This document shows positions 46,156 to 58,524 of a DNA stretch of 64,000 nt, one piece after another; positions within the stretch are counted from its first letter, which is position 1, and the number at the start of each line of letters is the position of its first letter. The position numbers and the translations under genes are program-made. Under the pieces are notes generated by a model, which did not search any database, was not told where the DNA came from, and saw only the letters and a list, made by a program, of their open reading frames with translations. The DNA comes from Octopus sinensis. Lineage: Eukaryota. Location: the NCBI RefSeq assembly GCF_006345805.1, contig NC_043000.1, forward strand, positions 56,792,001 through 56,856,000. Reading direction: 5' to 3'.

Positions 46156-47047
46156 TAAGGTCTGATCAATAAATATCTGAATTGTTGTCATAGTAATGAA
46201 GCTAAAGCATGCAGAGTGAAGCCACCTGGCAAAGATTGGCCTTAATATGCTGTGCATGCGCACAGTTTTAACACTCTAACTCACTTCTGCTGTTTACAGC
46301 AGTACTTGGAAGGAAGGTGTGTAGCATGTGATTGTTGCATTGACCATAACAGAGAAAGTTGTCATGGCAATACCTGCTCAGAGGCATATGCAAAGGTGCA
46401 GAAAGTGTAAGGAGTGGAGTGCATGAGCCGCACACAAGAGCATGAGTGATTCAGATGCTTCTAAGATGGCTGGAAAAATGTCAAAATTAACGAACGTTTT
46501 GGGAGACCCACAACCAGCAGAACTGAGAAAAACAGCACAGATGTGCATACAGTTGTGAGAGGAAATCGTCGAATCACCATCTGTGAGTTATCAAAAGATG
46601 TGCAGATTAGTTATAGTTCAGTTCAGTCCATTATCACTGAAGATTCAGGTATGAGATGCGTGTCTGCCAAGTCTGTACCAAAACTGCTTTCAGGTGACCA
46701 AAGAGGCACTCAGGTTTCAGTTGCACAAAATCTCCTTGACAGTGTCAAGAACGATGAAAGCTTTCTTTGAAAACTTTGTGTTAGCCTCTGAGTAAGTATC
46801 ATCAAGTTTTTGGAAAAAATTTGATGCAGATTCTTTGCTCAACTTTCTCTGTCATGGTCAATGCGACAATCACACGCTACACACCTTCCTTCCAAGCACT
46901 GCTGTAAACAGCAGAAGTGAGCGAGAATGTTAAAACAGTGCACATGCACAGCAGAGCTAAAGGCCAATCTGTGATAAGCGGCTTCTCTCTGCATGCTTTC
47001 ACTTTGTTACTATGGCAACAGTCTGGATACTTATTGATCAGACCACA
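46156..47047. mobile_element. Fold-back mariner derivative made of two inverted 5' ends, TA-flanked
   Basis: 46156-46371 is the reverse complement of about 46840-47047. The + strand encodes an HTH fragment (VRGNRRITICELSKDVQISYSSVQSIITEDSGMRCVSAKSVPKLL). The - strand right arm encodes MTEKVEQRICIKF. Confidence 0.85.
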
Positions 47048-47624
47048 TATGTATGCATGTGTTTGTATTTCCTTCTCTGGACATTGCATGATATTTTTTT
47101 TAAATGAGCATCACTATCATACAGGCACTGTCATTAATTTCCAATCTTTCATGAAAATGTGTCTGTCCTAAGGGAAATATTACTTTGCTTGTAAACAAGT
47201 GTAGGTTGGTGACAGGAAGGGCATCCAGCATAGAAAATGTACCTTAGCAAACTCTATCTAACTGAGACAAGAAGAAAAAAGTAAACATTAAAATGATGAT
47301 GATGATGATACATAATATGGCTGCAGTTATAAAGTTTGTTTTGTAACCACATGGTTTTGAGTTCTGTCCCATTGTGTGGTAGTTTCAGCACATATATTCA
47401 ATTATGGCTTCTGGCTAGTTGATTACATCTGAGTGAAGTTTAGTACATGGAAACTATATGAAAACGCAGTGTGTGTGCGTGCGTGTGTGTGTGCGTGTGT
47501 GTGTGCGTGCGTGTGTGTGTGCGTGCGTGTGTGTGTGCGTGCGTGTGTGTGTGTGTGCGTGCGTGTGTGTGTGTGAAAGGTAAAAATGATGAGTGTTAAG
47601 GACATGATTATGAAACATCAACTT

Positions 47625-47995
47625 AGAGGGTCTAGTCAACCAGTTCTTAGTGTTGTATAGTGAGATGGAGCAAGAAAATGTCCCCAGTGCAAGCCATGCA
47701 AGCATTTCAAAAAGGATTTTCAAGACACACTTAAAAAGATCAATATCACTACTAACACCTGGGAAGATCTTGCATCAGATAGGGGCTTCTGGAGGGAGGA
47801 ATCTGATTGGTACTGGTGTTAAAGAATTCAACAACAACAGTGTTGCATACACTGAGTTGAATCATGCTGGTAAATCTATGGAGAATGTGATCCCTCTCCC
47901 TAAGAAAAGCAAGAAAGAGTGTCTTGCATGTGACCAGTGCTGGTCATGTCAGCTTCACAAAGGCAGGTCTACTCAGCCACATGCATGGTCACAAA
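47625..47995 (+). pseudogene. Fossil C-terminus of an RTE-like LINE ORF (second lineage)
   Basis: VLYSEM...FKTHLKKINITTNTWEDLASDR..W...IGTGVKEF...CLACDQC...GLLSHMH across frameshifts. Confidence 0.7.
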
Positions 47996-48479
47996 GGTCC
48001 CCTTTTGTGATATACAGCATGTTCTCTCGTGCATCAGTTTTCTCATGTTGTCTCAGTTTTAGATGCAGCAAATCGATTGGTTAAAATTCGAAAAATTAAA
48101 CTACGTTAAACTTACAAATTACAATTTTCTCAAGAAAGCCAAGAGAAAAAAATGTTTTATTTTGACACATTCTACCAGTATAAGAAGTTTAAAAGTGTTT
48201 AGTTAACTAGAAACTTTGTTGAAAACTGCCGTTCAAAAGGAAAAGATTCATATATACATATATATATACACACATATATATACACACACACTCATACACA
48301 CATATATATATATATATACACACATATATATATGGTGCTTATAGAAACATACGTCTACGAACAAATACAAAGAAATACACAAACACATATACATATGTCA
48401 TAAGCAAGCACAATGTCTGACTACAGTGCTGATAAATTGCAAAAAAAGGATATGTAAACTGCTAACTGTTATGGCAACA

Positions 48480-48860
48480 AAAGTCCTCTCTTAAAGTACA
48501 AACTATATGAGGCTTGTGCAAAAACTGTGATGTTATATGGTAAGGAAATGATGGGAAATTAATTGATATATTTGCAGCAATTGGAGTGGATGATTTTGTT
48601 GGGAAATATATAGCATCTTCAGAGTAGGTGAAGTGTCAAAGATATTGAGTAAGACATATAGCCGAAATCTTGACTATGTTAGTTGAGAATGGTTTGATAC
48701 GTGCATGTGTGTATGTATAACTGGGCATGTATATATGCGTGTGAAAAGGAGAGGCTTTCAATGGTAAGCAACACAGAAAGTATAGAGAGATTTGGGATAA
48801 AGGAGAAAAAAATACAAGAGGTAGAACCTAGGAAAGGTGCCCAGGGCAAAGAAAGTGATC
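48480..48860 (+). mobile_element. Highly decayed RTE ORF fragment
   Basis: KLYEACAKTVMLYG compared with RLYDACVRTAMLHG in the main RTE copy. Confidence 0.45.
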
Positions 48861-49054
48861 TGTTAAAGCTGAGGATGTTGTGTCACACACACAGGATAAA
48901 CCACTGCTTCCCAAGCAGATTGTTGCAGTTGAAGTCCCACTGCCAGACCACTTTGGGCAAGTGTCATCTATTATAGCCCCAGGCCAACCAAAGCCTTGTA
49001 GATTTTGCAGACAGAAACTGAAAGAAGCCCATATATTATTTATGTTTATATATA

Positions 49055-49118
<64 letters not shown>

Positions 49119-49208
49119 GAAAGTCAGGCAGATAGATAGATAGATAGATAGACAAAGGGAAGGGAGAGAAAGAGATACACATACATATGTGTGTGTATAT
49201 ATATATAT

Positions 49209-50450
49209 ACTAGCTGAAGGTGACCTGCTCTACGCGCGGGTAAGAGTGTGGTTGTTATTTTCTGTTGCTTCCTTTCAGCACGTAAAAGCACCATCCGAAC
49301 GTGGCCGATTGCAGCGCCGCTTTGACTGGCTTCTGTGCCAGTGGCACGTAAAAAGCACCAACCGATCATTGCCACTGCGAGCCCCCCTGGCACCTGTGCC
49401 GGTGGCACGAAAAAAGCACCCACTACACTCACAGAGTGGTTGGCGTTAGGAAGGTCATCCACCTGTAGAAACACTGCCAGATCAGACTGGAGCCTGGTGC
49501 AGCCTCCTGGCTTCCCAGACCCCAGTCAAACTGTCCAACCCGTGCTAGGACGGAAAACGGACGTTAAACGATGATGATGATGATGATGATTCTCCCTCTT
49601 TGTTTCTCTCTCCTTTCTCTCTCACTTTCCCACTCTCTTACTTTTCTTTTCTCTCGGACTCTCCCTCGCTTTTTCTTACAATCTATCTTTATCTATCTCT
49701 CTCCCATTTATAAACAACAAAAGATCTTGATTAAGTTGAGAAATAAAATATTTAGAAAGATCAATCATAAATATCAGGCAGTGGCAACGGAAAGGTCTGC
49801 TTCAAGGCAGACAGCAAAACGCTAACATTTAAAAGGGACAGACGAACTTGCGAGCTGAATAAAAATAATAAAATATTGGAAAGCAAAGTTTGAAGGGATA
49901 GAATCTGAGGATAGTAGAGTCACCATGACAGGCATTTCTTAACGACGGACAGCAACGTATTGACAGTTTAACGGCTGGCATAAAATTTTGAACTTGATGT
50001 AAAAGAAAATTCGTAAACACCAAGTTTTGAAGTGATTCTTTCTCACAACAGTAGACTCACCATGGCAAGTATTCAAAACCTCTTCATCATGGACGGCAAC
50101 ACATTGAAGATTAAAAGGCTGGCGCAAATTTTTTAGCTTGATGTAACAGAGAATTCCTAAACACTCGCTCCTTTAAATTTTAATCCCCTTCCAGCCCCAT
50201 TTATACCCCTTTTCACCTTTTGGTTAATATAACCCGATTTCATTCGGGTCTACTGGGGCCACATTTTATAAGATGAGGAATTTTGTCCTAGAGGTCACAC
50301 CTTTCATTTGAGGAAAAAAATAGTTGTCATGCAAATTATAGTATAGAATTGGTTGAGAACATTTCATTCAATTATCTTCCAAAAATCACATTAATATATT
50401 AATAAATAAAAAAGTTATAGTTGTTTAATGAAACCAGACTAACTTTATGA
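49209..50450 (+). mobile_element. Helitron-like element with an internal tandem duplication, interrupted by an RTE tail (49278-49590, +)
   Basis: 5' actagctgaaggtgacctgctctacgcgcgggt. Duplicated unit agtaga(g/c)tcaccatg...ggctggc...cttgatgtaa...aattc.taaacac at about 49912 and 50051. Confidence 0.45.
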
Positions 50451-50569
50451 TTATGTTAGAAATTAATTGAAACACATAAGGGGTGTATTTTGGTCAGAAA
50501 TATAGTAACGAAAGGGTTCATAGGTGTGCATATTTTCAGCTGAACCGACCGACCACATAATGCACACAT

Positions 50570-50607
<38 letters not shown>

Positions 50608-50628
50608 GCATTATATATATATATATAT

Positions 50629-50664
<36 letters not shown>

Positions 50665-50934
50665 AAATTAAATTAGAGATAAAACCACTAATAGGCAAAA
50701 AAAACAAAAACAAAAGCATAAAAAAAAAATATAATATAGAAAATATATAAAATTGAAAAATTTAAATTATTTAAATTTAAAATAAAAATTATTAAATTAT
50801 ATTTATAATTTGTTAAAAATATATAACTATCAAAAAGTATTAAAAAGTTTAATATACATAAATACAGATATATACACTTTGTATATATACATTATATATA
50901 CATATTTATATATCGAACACACACACACACACAC

Positions 50935-51340
50935 ATATATAAATGAACGCAATGAATATCTGATTCATAATATTTGTTCTCATGACTGTGTGTTGTTGGT
51001 AGCGATGATAATTCTCCCTATGAATGCAGACAGATACATCAAAGAAAGCCGTCTGACGAACTTATAAAGGGAAAGTGAAAGGGAGTTGAGGGGAATACAT
51101 TAAATAACGGGAGTGGAATTCTCAAAGTTATAAATGAAGGGGAGTAAGAGATGGAAAGGAGGAAATAGCATGAGTGAGGAAGATGGGCTCTAGCAACCAC
51201 ACCTTTCAAGATAGGGATTTCTAAGGTAGCCCACGGGCATCGTCACCTCATTCTACATGTCCCTGTAAATTTTGGAGCGAATCAGACGGGATGTAGTGGC
51301 ATTGAAAGCGATCCAAGCGGTAAAAACGCATTTCAGTTTT
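50935..51340 (+). mobile_element. Short element between microsatellites carrying a type I hammerhead-like motif (51049-51110)
   Basis: CCGU CUGACGA ACUU...AAGU GAAA...(unpaired stem III)...UA ACGG. Confidence 0.45.
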
Positions 51341-51639
51341 ATATATAGAGATATAGAGATATACATGAGTGGGGGGTGTATGTATGTATATATGTATACA
51401 TATGTGTGTGTCTAAGTTTGTGTCTTTTTGTCTTGACATCATGTGATTATTGTAAATGAATGTCATTCATTTCCAATATTTTGTGAAAGCACGTTTGGCC
51501 ATGAGGAAATATTAGGTTGCTCAGAAACAAGTAAGGATCGGTGACAGGAAAGGCATCTGGTCATAGAAACTCTGCCTCAGTAAATTCTGATTGACCCACA
51601 CAAGCATAGAATAGTGGATATTAAAAAAAATTATGACAA

Positions 51640-52125
51640 CAATCAAAATCAATTCGATGACTGGCATTCATGCTAGCGGGGTGCAAAGAGCACCATACGA
51701 GTGTGATCATTGTCAGAGCGGCTATTCGAGTATGATCGTTACCAGCGTCGCCTTACTGGCACTTATGCCCGTGCTAGTAGGGTGCCAAGAGCACCATCCG
51801 AGCATGATCGTTGCCAGAGCAGCATGTAAAAGGGCACCATTCGAGCGTGATCGTTACCAACGTCGCTTCACTGGCACGTGTAAAAAGATTTGAGCGAGGT
51901 CATTGCCAGTGCCTCCTGACTGGCCGCCGTGCTGGTGGCACGTAAAAAGCACCCACTATACTCTCAGAGTGGTTGGCGTTACGAAGGGCATCCAGCTGTA
52001 GAAACTCTGCCAGATCAAGATTGGAGCCTGGTGCAGCCATCTGGCTTACCACCCCTCAGTCAAAATCGTCCAACACATGCTAGCATGGAAAGCGGATGTT
52101 AAACAATGATGATGATGATGATGAA
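51640..52125 (+). mobile_element. RTE 3' UTR fragment with tandem sub-repeats and (ATG)n tail
   Basis: gagc/gagt.tgatcgtt.cca blocks occur 4 times, followed by the terminal family tail. Confidence 0.8.
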
Positions 52126-52579
52126 TGACAATGATGATGATCACACACTCACACACGCACGCATACAACAATCATCCACACAGTTTTCATCTGCCAAGCT
52201 TCATTCATAAGGAATTGGCTACAGTCAAAAATCACTTGACCAAGCTGTTGCACAGTAGAACTGAATCTGGGACTATATGGTTAGGAAACAAATACCTCAC
52301 CCAGACTGCTATTCCTGCAACCATTTGCTCTAAGACTACATATTATGTCAACATCCCACCTATATGGATTTATCACTGATTTCTAAAATATGACAGGTAA
52401 ACCCACAGATGAAGAATCCACAGGATTTTTAGAGCTGAATATTTTAGAGTACATTTCCATAACCATTTCTAAAACTGCAGGAAGAATTGCACTAAGGACT
52501 GCAAGCTAACAACATATTTCTTGATTATACTGTGTAAGCTTACTCCGTTGTTATAGAACAAATGTCAGAATGAATAGAG

Positions 52580-52860
52580 CAATGAGTATCTGGCTGAGTA
52601 ACATGATCTGAGTATTGCCCATTGCATCATCACCAAAGGCTTGCTGAATCTTCTGGATGATATGAGCTTGAGAGCTTGAGTATCACCAAGCTTTTGGCAA
52701 AACTTGATGCAACATCTCTGCTCAATACATCCAGTGAAAACAAAAATCTGACAAGCGCACATCTGTACTCTAGGGATAACAGCTGGGAACAGACACAACC
52801 TACCAGTGTGGAAATTGCCACACATGCACAGGAAGGGGGTTGTATCACCTCCCACCCAAA
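52580..52860 (-). mobile_element. mariner 5' remnant
   Basis: IEQRCCIKFCQKLGDTQA...IQQAFGDDAMGNTQI on the minus strand. Confidence 0.7.
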
Positions 52861-53066
52861 GGATTTTGCCCCCGTAGCATTAGGAAAAAATAAAGCCAAA
52901 TACTTTTTTTTTAATGCACCTCTGTCCCAGTTATGATACTTAGTCCTCAGTAACCAAGTCTACCAAGCTGTAAGTACAGCTGATGGTACAATTTGCCATT
53001 GTTGACAGCAGTAACAGTACCATGAAAATGACTTATGTTTCATTGGCTTACAGTGCTAATACTACT

Positions 53067-53292
53067 TTAACCATTTTTGATACCAACTCAACTAAGACCA
53101 ACTTTGATTCTATGATACATACTTCCTGTTTTAAAATGTTCTGGATTAAAACCTACCATGGAAATTTGTTAATTTAAGTTCCAAAAATCAGCTTAATAAT
53201 GAAAGCTATTTTTCTAAATTCTTCATTAATTTCAAAATTAATTGGAACAATGGCAATGTATTTCAACATAAATATGGTAACAAAAGGATTAA
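53067..53292. mobile_element. piggyBac-type MITE (family 1), diverged
   Basis: TTAA-ccatttttgatacc ... ggtaacaaaagga-TTAA. Body similar to 19433-19652. Confidence 0.7.
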
Positions 53293-54547
53293 GGAAAACC
53301 AACCCACAATGGACTATTGTCCAAAATAAGAGAAATTTTACCCAAAATTTCACAAAACTTTAAAAGCTGGTGATGAGTGCTGGCTCAATAGATTGATGAA
53401 TAATTGGTGGTGGTGGTGGTGGTGGTGGTGGTTGTGGTGGTGGAGGAGGAGGAGGAGGAGGGGAGGGGAGGGGAGGAGGGGAGGAGGAGGAGGAGTGGGC
53501 AGGCCAGAGCTAACTCATTATTACAATGTGCTTTAACTGTTAATAGAAATCAATCCACTGATCTGACAGGTGGCAGCCATAAAACAAATCAAATTCAACA
53601 ATCCACAGTTACATCCATTCCATATGTGCAAGTATGGATGGAGAAAATGGTTGGGAAGAAACACATGGAAAGCAATGCAACACAGTTATGTTAACAATTC
53701 TTGTACACAGAAGTCATTAACAAATGTTTCCAAATTATTCAATGTAAATTAGTGAGAATTGAAAATAATTACTTCTTAATTATAATGAAAATTCATTTTG
53801 TAATGATATTTGCACTTCATTACTTCACTGTTTGCTACATTTTATTCATTTATTATTTTCTTGTTTTTTTTTCTTTGCTTTTGTCTTTTCATTTTTATAT
53901 TTTTCATATTATTTATTTTTTCAGAAATTTTTTTTTTAATTTCAATAATAAACTTCAATGATACAATAAAAATTAGCGACATCATATTGCCAGGTCAAAA
54001 ACATTAAGATTTAAGACAAACCAGCATACAAGATGGGCAGTAACAGCATTTCTTCCTCAAGTTTTGGTGGCAACCAGCAACCAACCAACCATCGAACAAA
54101 AAAAAAATTCTTTTTTTTTTAAAACAACCTATAAGTTAGACATATAAAGATTTCCCTAGAGAAATCACCGTGCCAAGTAACTTTTAACAAACAGAACACC
54201 ATTTTCACAAGAAATCAATAGAGAAGAAGACAGATATTCAAGAAGCAGTATATTTGAAGTGGTATAGTGAGGAATGAAGTGTTTGAATATATAACTTGCA
54301 AAATCTAAAACATCTAACTAGTAATATTGCCTTTGGAATATCATTTCTGTACAACCTTTCCATACTTCCACAGACTTCATACACCTTTCTCTCTCCCACT
54401 TTCTCTTTTTCATTTCCTCAATGCTCAATGCCTATCACTCTGTGTATTCATCAATCAACTTTATTCTTTGTACACATTATGCATACATATATATATATAC
54501 ATATGCATATATATGCACACACACACACACACACATACATATATATA

Positions 54548-54598
<51 letters not shown>

Positions 54599-54944
54599 GT
54601 GTGTGTGGATATGTATGTATATGTATATATGTGTGTGTATATGATTGGGAAGAATGGACTTCAAATATACAAACATAAAGAAAATATGGAATATTCTTTA
54701 TATGGCATATTTGAAGTCACCATTCTTCTTGTTTATTTAATTCTCATAGAAATGTAGATAGTGTACCAACTACCTGTTGAATCATTGTGCACTCTCAGTG
54801 ATTAGGTAACTCCTTTAGATGAAATAAAATTGTACTGCCTTGATTTCACGTATGTCTGTCTACTAGATGTATGTGTGTGTGTGTGTCTATACACACATAA
54901 TGCAGTATACACACACTCACACACATATATATTCAGAGCATTTT

Positions 54945-55125
54945 TCAATCGAAGTCAGATGTAGAGGATTCACTGGACACAGTGTGAGGTGATTGTTGTT
55001 GATGCTAGGCCTAACTCATCGTAAAGCAAATACCATCATGAGTGATATCCAGACTACAGTGGAGAAGGCAAGCCACTGGATTTGGTTAAAAAGAGACGAT
55101 GAGCAATGGCTAGAGGAATATTGAG
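54945..55125 (+). pseudogene. Fossil C-terminus of a HERO-like RLE non-LTR retrotransposon
   Basis: IEVRCRGFTGHSVR*LLLMLGL...TVEKASHWIWLKRD matches the HERO-type motif PIEVGCRGF...E.AS.WIW.KR. Confidence 0.65.
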
Positions 55126-55322
55126 TGAAACTTAGCAACCAGTTAATCTAGCAAGTGGGGCCTCGTCTCACAAAGTGCAGAATAATGCTGTTGAGAGGAA
55201 AGCCCTGAAACAGCACGCATTCTCTCTTGATGACCCCATAAGCTTGCTACTATACAAAACTTTCAGCTGGTAGCAATTGCATCTGCAGGTTGTTTGCAAA
55301 ATATCTATAAAAACATATATAC

Positions 55323-55773
55323 AGGTACAGGCATTGCTGTGTGGTAAGAAGCTTGCTTCCCAACCACATGGTTCTGGGTTCAAACCCACTATGTGGCACC
55401 TTGGGCAAGTGTCTTCTACTATAGTCTCAGGCCAACCAAAGCTTTGTGAGTAGATTTAGTATACAGAAACTGGAAGAAGCCTATTGTGTATGTATGTGTG
55501 TGTGTGTCTGTGTGCATGCGTGTGCATATGTGTGCATGTGTGTGCATATGTGTGTATATATTTTTTGTGTCTGTGTTTGTCCCCGCTCAATTGCTTGGCA
55601 ACTGATGTTGGTATGTTTATGTCCCCAAAATTTAGTGGTTCATCAAAAAAGACAGTTAGAATAAGTACTAGGCCTACAAAAAATAAGTCCTGAGGTCAAC
55701 TTCTTCAACTAAAGGCAAGTGCTCCAGCAAGGCCACAGTCAAATGACTGAAACGTGTTAAAGAGTAAAAAGAG
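55323..55773 (+). mobile_element. Full-length CORE-type SINE
   Basis: Full family architecture. Confidence 0.85.
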
Positions 55774-55809
55774 TAATATATACACACATATATACATATA
55801 CACACAAAC

Positions 55810-55843
<34 letters not shown>

Positions 55844-55982
55844 AAAATGCAGCTTTTTCAATTGCATGAATTAAAAGTCAGAGGGGAGTGGAATAAACTA
55901 CCTGATCAACTTGCTATAAAAGCAGGTAGTAATTTTACCAAGAATCCAGTTTGATTTTAACAGCTATTTTTTCAAAGCGATA

Positions 55983-56516
55983 ATGGAAGTGACAAAGAAG
56001 CATATTCAGCATATTTTCATTTATGAGTTCAATAAAGGCAACAACACAACAGAACGTGCAAGGAATATTAAAGCAGTAAATGGGAATTGGACAATAAGCA
56101 TAAGCCAGTGTCAACGGTGATTCCAGAAATTCCAAGCTGGAAACTACAACCTAGAAGACGAGCCTTGTCCTGGAAGATCTGTAGAGTTCAATGAGGACGT
56201 CTTGCAAACCCTGGTGGAACAAAATCCCATCATAACTGTTAAAGAACTAGTAGAGAAGCTTGGATTTGGTCATTCAACCATTCATTGACACCTGCGTACC
56301 ATTGGAAAAGTCAGCAAATTGGGTCAATAGGTTCTCGTAAACTTTCCAAGTTTAATCATGCGCAGGGAGTGAATGTATGCTCTTTGTTGCTGTCATGTCT
56401 CATGAATTAACCTTTTTTGGACCGAACAGTGACTGGTGATGAGAAATGGGTTCTCTATAAAAATGTCAAGCGCTAAAGACAGCGGGTAGAGAAAGGAGAA
56501 ACACCAGCACCCCAGG
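55983..56516 (+). pseudogene. mariner transposase N-terminal remnant (Mos1/Hsmar-like)
   Basis: MEVTKKHIQHIFIYEFNKG...FQKFQAGNYNLEDEPCPGR...LGFGHSTIH*HLRTIGKVSKLG...FLDRTVTGDEKWVLYKNVKR, with stops and a frameshift. Confidence 0.85.
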
Positions 56517-56849
56517 ACAGAATCTCTATAATTTTAGATGATATAAATGGTATGCATGGAACAAAGATGGTGTCATCTTTACCACAACTAGTGAGAATGC
56601 AGTTCCTTATAAGTTTGTGTACAATTAGTGTTGTACCATTGCATAATTTTTGTTGAAACAAATGAGGCAATAGCATAATAGCTTCCCCTGAACCAGGTAC
56701 TTTCATTTTGCCAGAGAAAGACAGAGACAGAATCTTGATTTTATATATATAGAAGTATAATATCTTCCTCTGAACAATTTAGTTTCATTTTGCTGGACAA
56801 ACAACCAAACAAATGAACAGAATCTCTCTTTTATATAAATAGATATATC

Positions 56850-57410
56850 ATCATCATCATCATTTAATATCTGTTGTCCATGCTGGCATGGATTGGTCAG
56901 TTCGACCAGGGCTGGTAAGCTAAGAGGCTGCACCAGACTGTAGTCTGTCTTGGCATGGTTTCTACAGCTGGATGCTTTTCTTAATGTCAGCCACTCCAAG
57001 AGTGTAATAGGTGCTTTTATGTACCACCTGCACGGGCGTCAGTTTGCATGACTCCAATATCTGCCATGACTATGATTTCACTTGGCTTGATGGGTCTTCT
57101 TCTCAAGCACATCATTTGTCATTGCCTCCGTGAGGCCCACAGTTCAAAAAGTACTTTTTATGTGCCACCAGCACGGGTGCTAGTTATGTGAGACCAGCAT
57201 CAACCACATTGCCTCCATGAGGCCCAATGTTTGAAAGGTGCTTTGTACATGTCACCAGCACAGGTGCCAGGCCAGTTACATGATACCAACAATGACCACA
57301 GCTATGATTTCATTTGGCTTGCTGTGTCTTCTCAAACACTGCATATTGCCAAAGTTCTTGACCACTAGTTATTGCCTCCATGAGGCCCAACATTTGAAGA
57401 TCATGCTTCA
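56850..57410 (-). mobile_element. Diverged RTE 3' end with internal duplications
   Basis: (CAT)n tail. attgcctcc(g/a)tgaggccca occurs three times. Minus strand encodes VKHDLQMLGLMEA. Confidence 0.75.
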
Positions 57411-57412
57411 CC

Positions 57413-57442
<30 letters not shown>

Positions 57443-57443
<1 letters not shown>

Positions 57444-57757
57444 AAGGCGCAATGGCCCAGTGGTTAGAGCAGCAGACTAGTGGTCGGAGGATTGTGGTTT
57501 CGATTCCCAGATTGGGCATTGTGTATGTTTATTGAGTGAAAATACCTAAAAGCTCCACGAGGCTCCAGCAGGGGGGGGTGGCGACCCCTGTTGTACTCTT
57601 TCGCCCCAACTTTCTCTCACACCTTCTTCCTGTTTCTTGGCTAATGCTGCGATGGACTGGCATCCCATCCAACTGGGGGGGAACACATACGCCACAGAAA
57701 CCGGGAAACCAGGTCCATGAGCCTGGCTAGGCTTGAAAAGGGCGCATAAATAAATAA
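57443..57757 (+). mobile_element. tRNA-derived SINE (head A plus tail 2)
   Basis: Head as in 41364-41655, with A-box tggcccagtgg and B-box ggtttcgattccc. Tail as in 38690-38932. Confidence 0.85.
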
Positions 57758-58524
57758 TATATATATACACACATGCACACACACACACACACACATACTG
57801 CAGTTTAAATTTAAAATGTATAACAAATAAACTGTATTTTGAACTCTAAATATATTCTTATGTAGCCAAGGAGGACACGTACTACAGTTCAAGTATCATC
57901 TGGTTAGACACTATAGTTGGACAGATCACAGAGTACATATAAAAAGCAAAACAAAAAAAAAGAGTTATTCATAAAATATTTAGAATAATGTAACTAGATA
58001 TTTTTATGAACAAACTCTCCTATTTTGTTTTATTTTGTCTCTATATATATGCGTATGTGTATGTGTGTGTGTGCATATATGTATGTGTATATGTGTGTGT
58101 GTGTGTGTATGTGTGTGTATGCACCAGTTGCTTTCAAATGATGCACTGCATGGGGTATCTAGGTGCACTGTGACTTTTTGAAAATAAAATTTTAAGTCTT
58201 CAAAACTCTGTATTAATACTTGAGCTATTGAAAAATATGCTATTCATGATTTTGTGATACAAAAGCCAGATTAATAAAACAAGGTAAGCAATACTTTTCT
58301 ATCATTTTTTTTTTATTTTCCTACATTTTTAATGTTAAAATAGAGTTTTTATTAAACTTTCCAAGCAAAGTGCTACAGTTATTCATTTATTTGATCTTTA
58401 GTACAACATGAAGTCAAAAAGATTACGAACAATAAATATGTACATATGTATATACATAAGTATATGAATGTATATACATCTACATATGTGCGTATGAATG
58501 TATGTAGATATATATATATATATT

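Noticed and set aside
57443-57520. tRNA gene (also 41580-41655 and 22723-22790)
   Set aside because: A/B boxes are present but there is no complete cloverleaf or acceptor stem, and the sequence continues into SINE body. These are tRNA-derived SINE heads.
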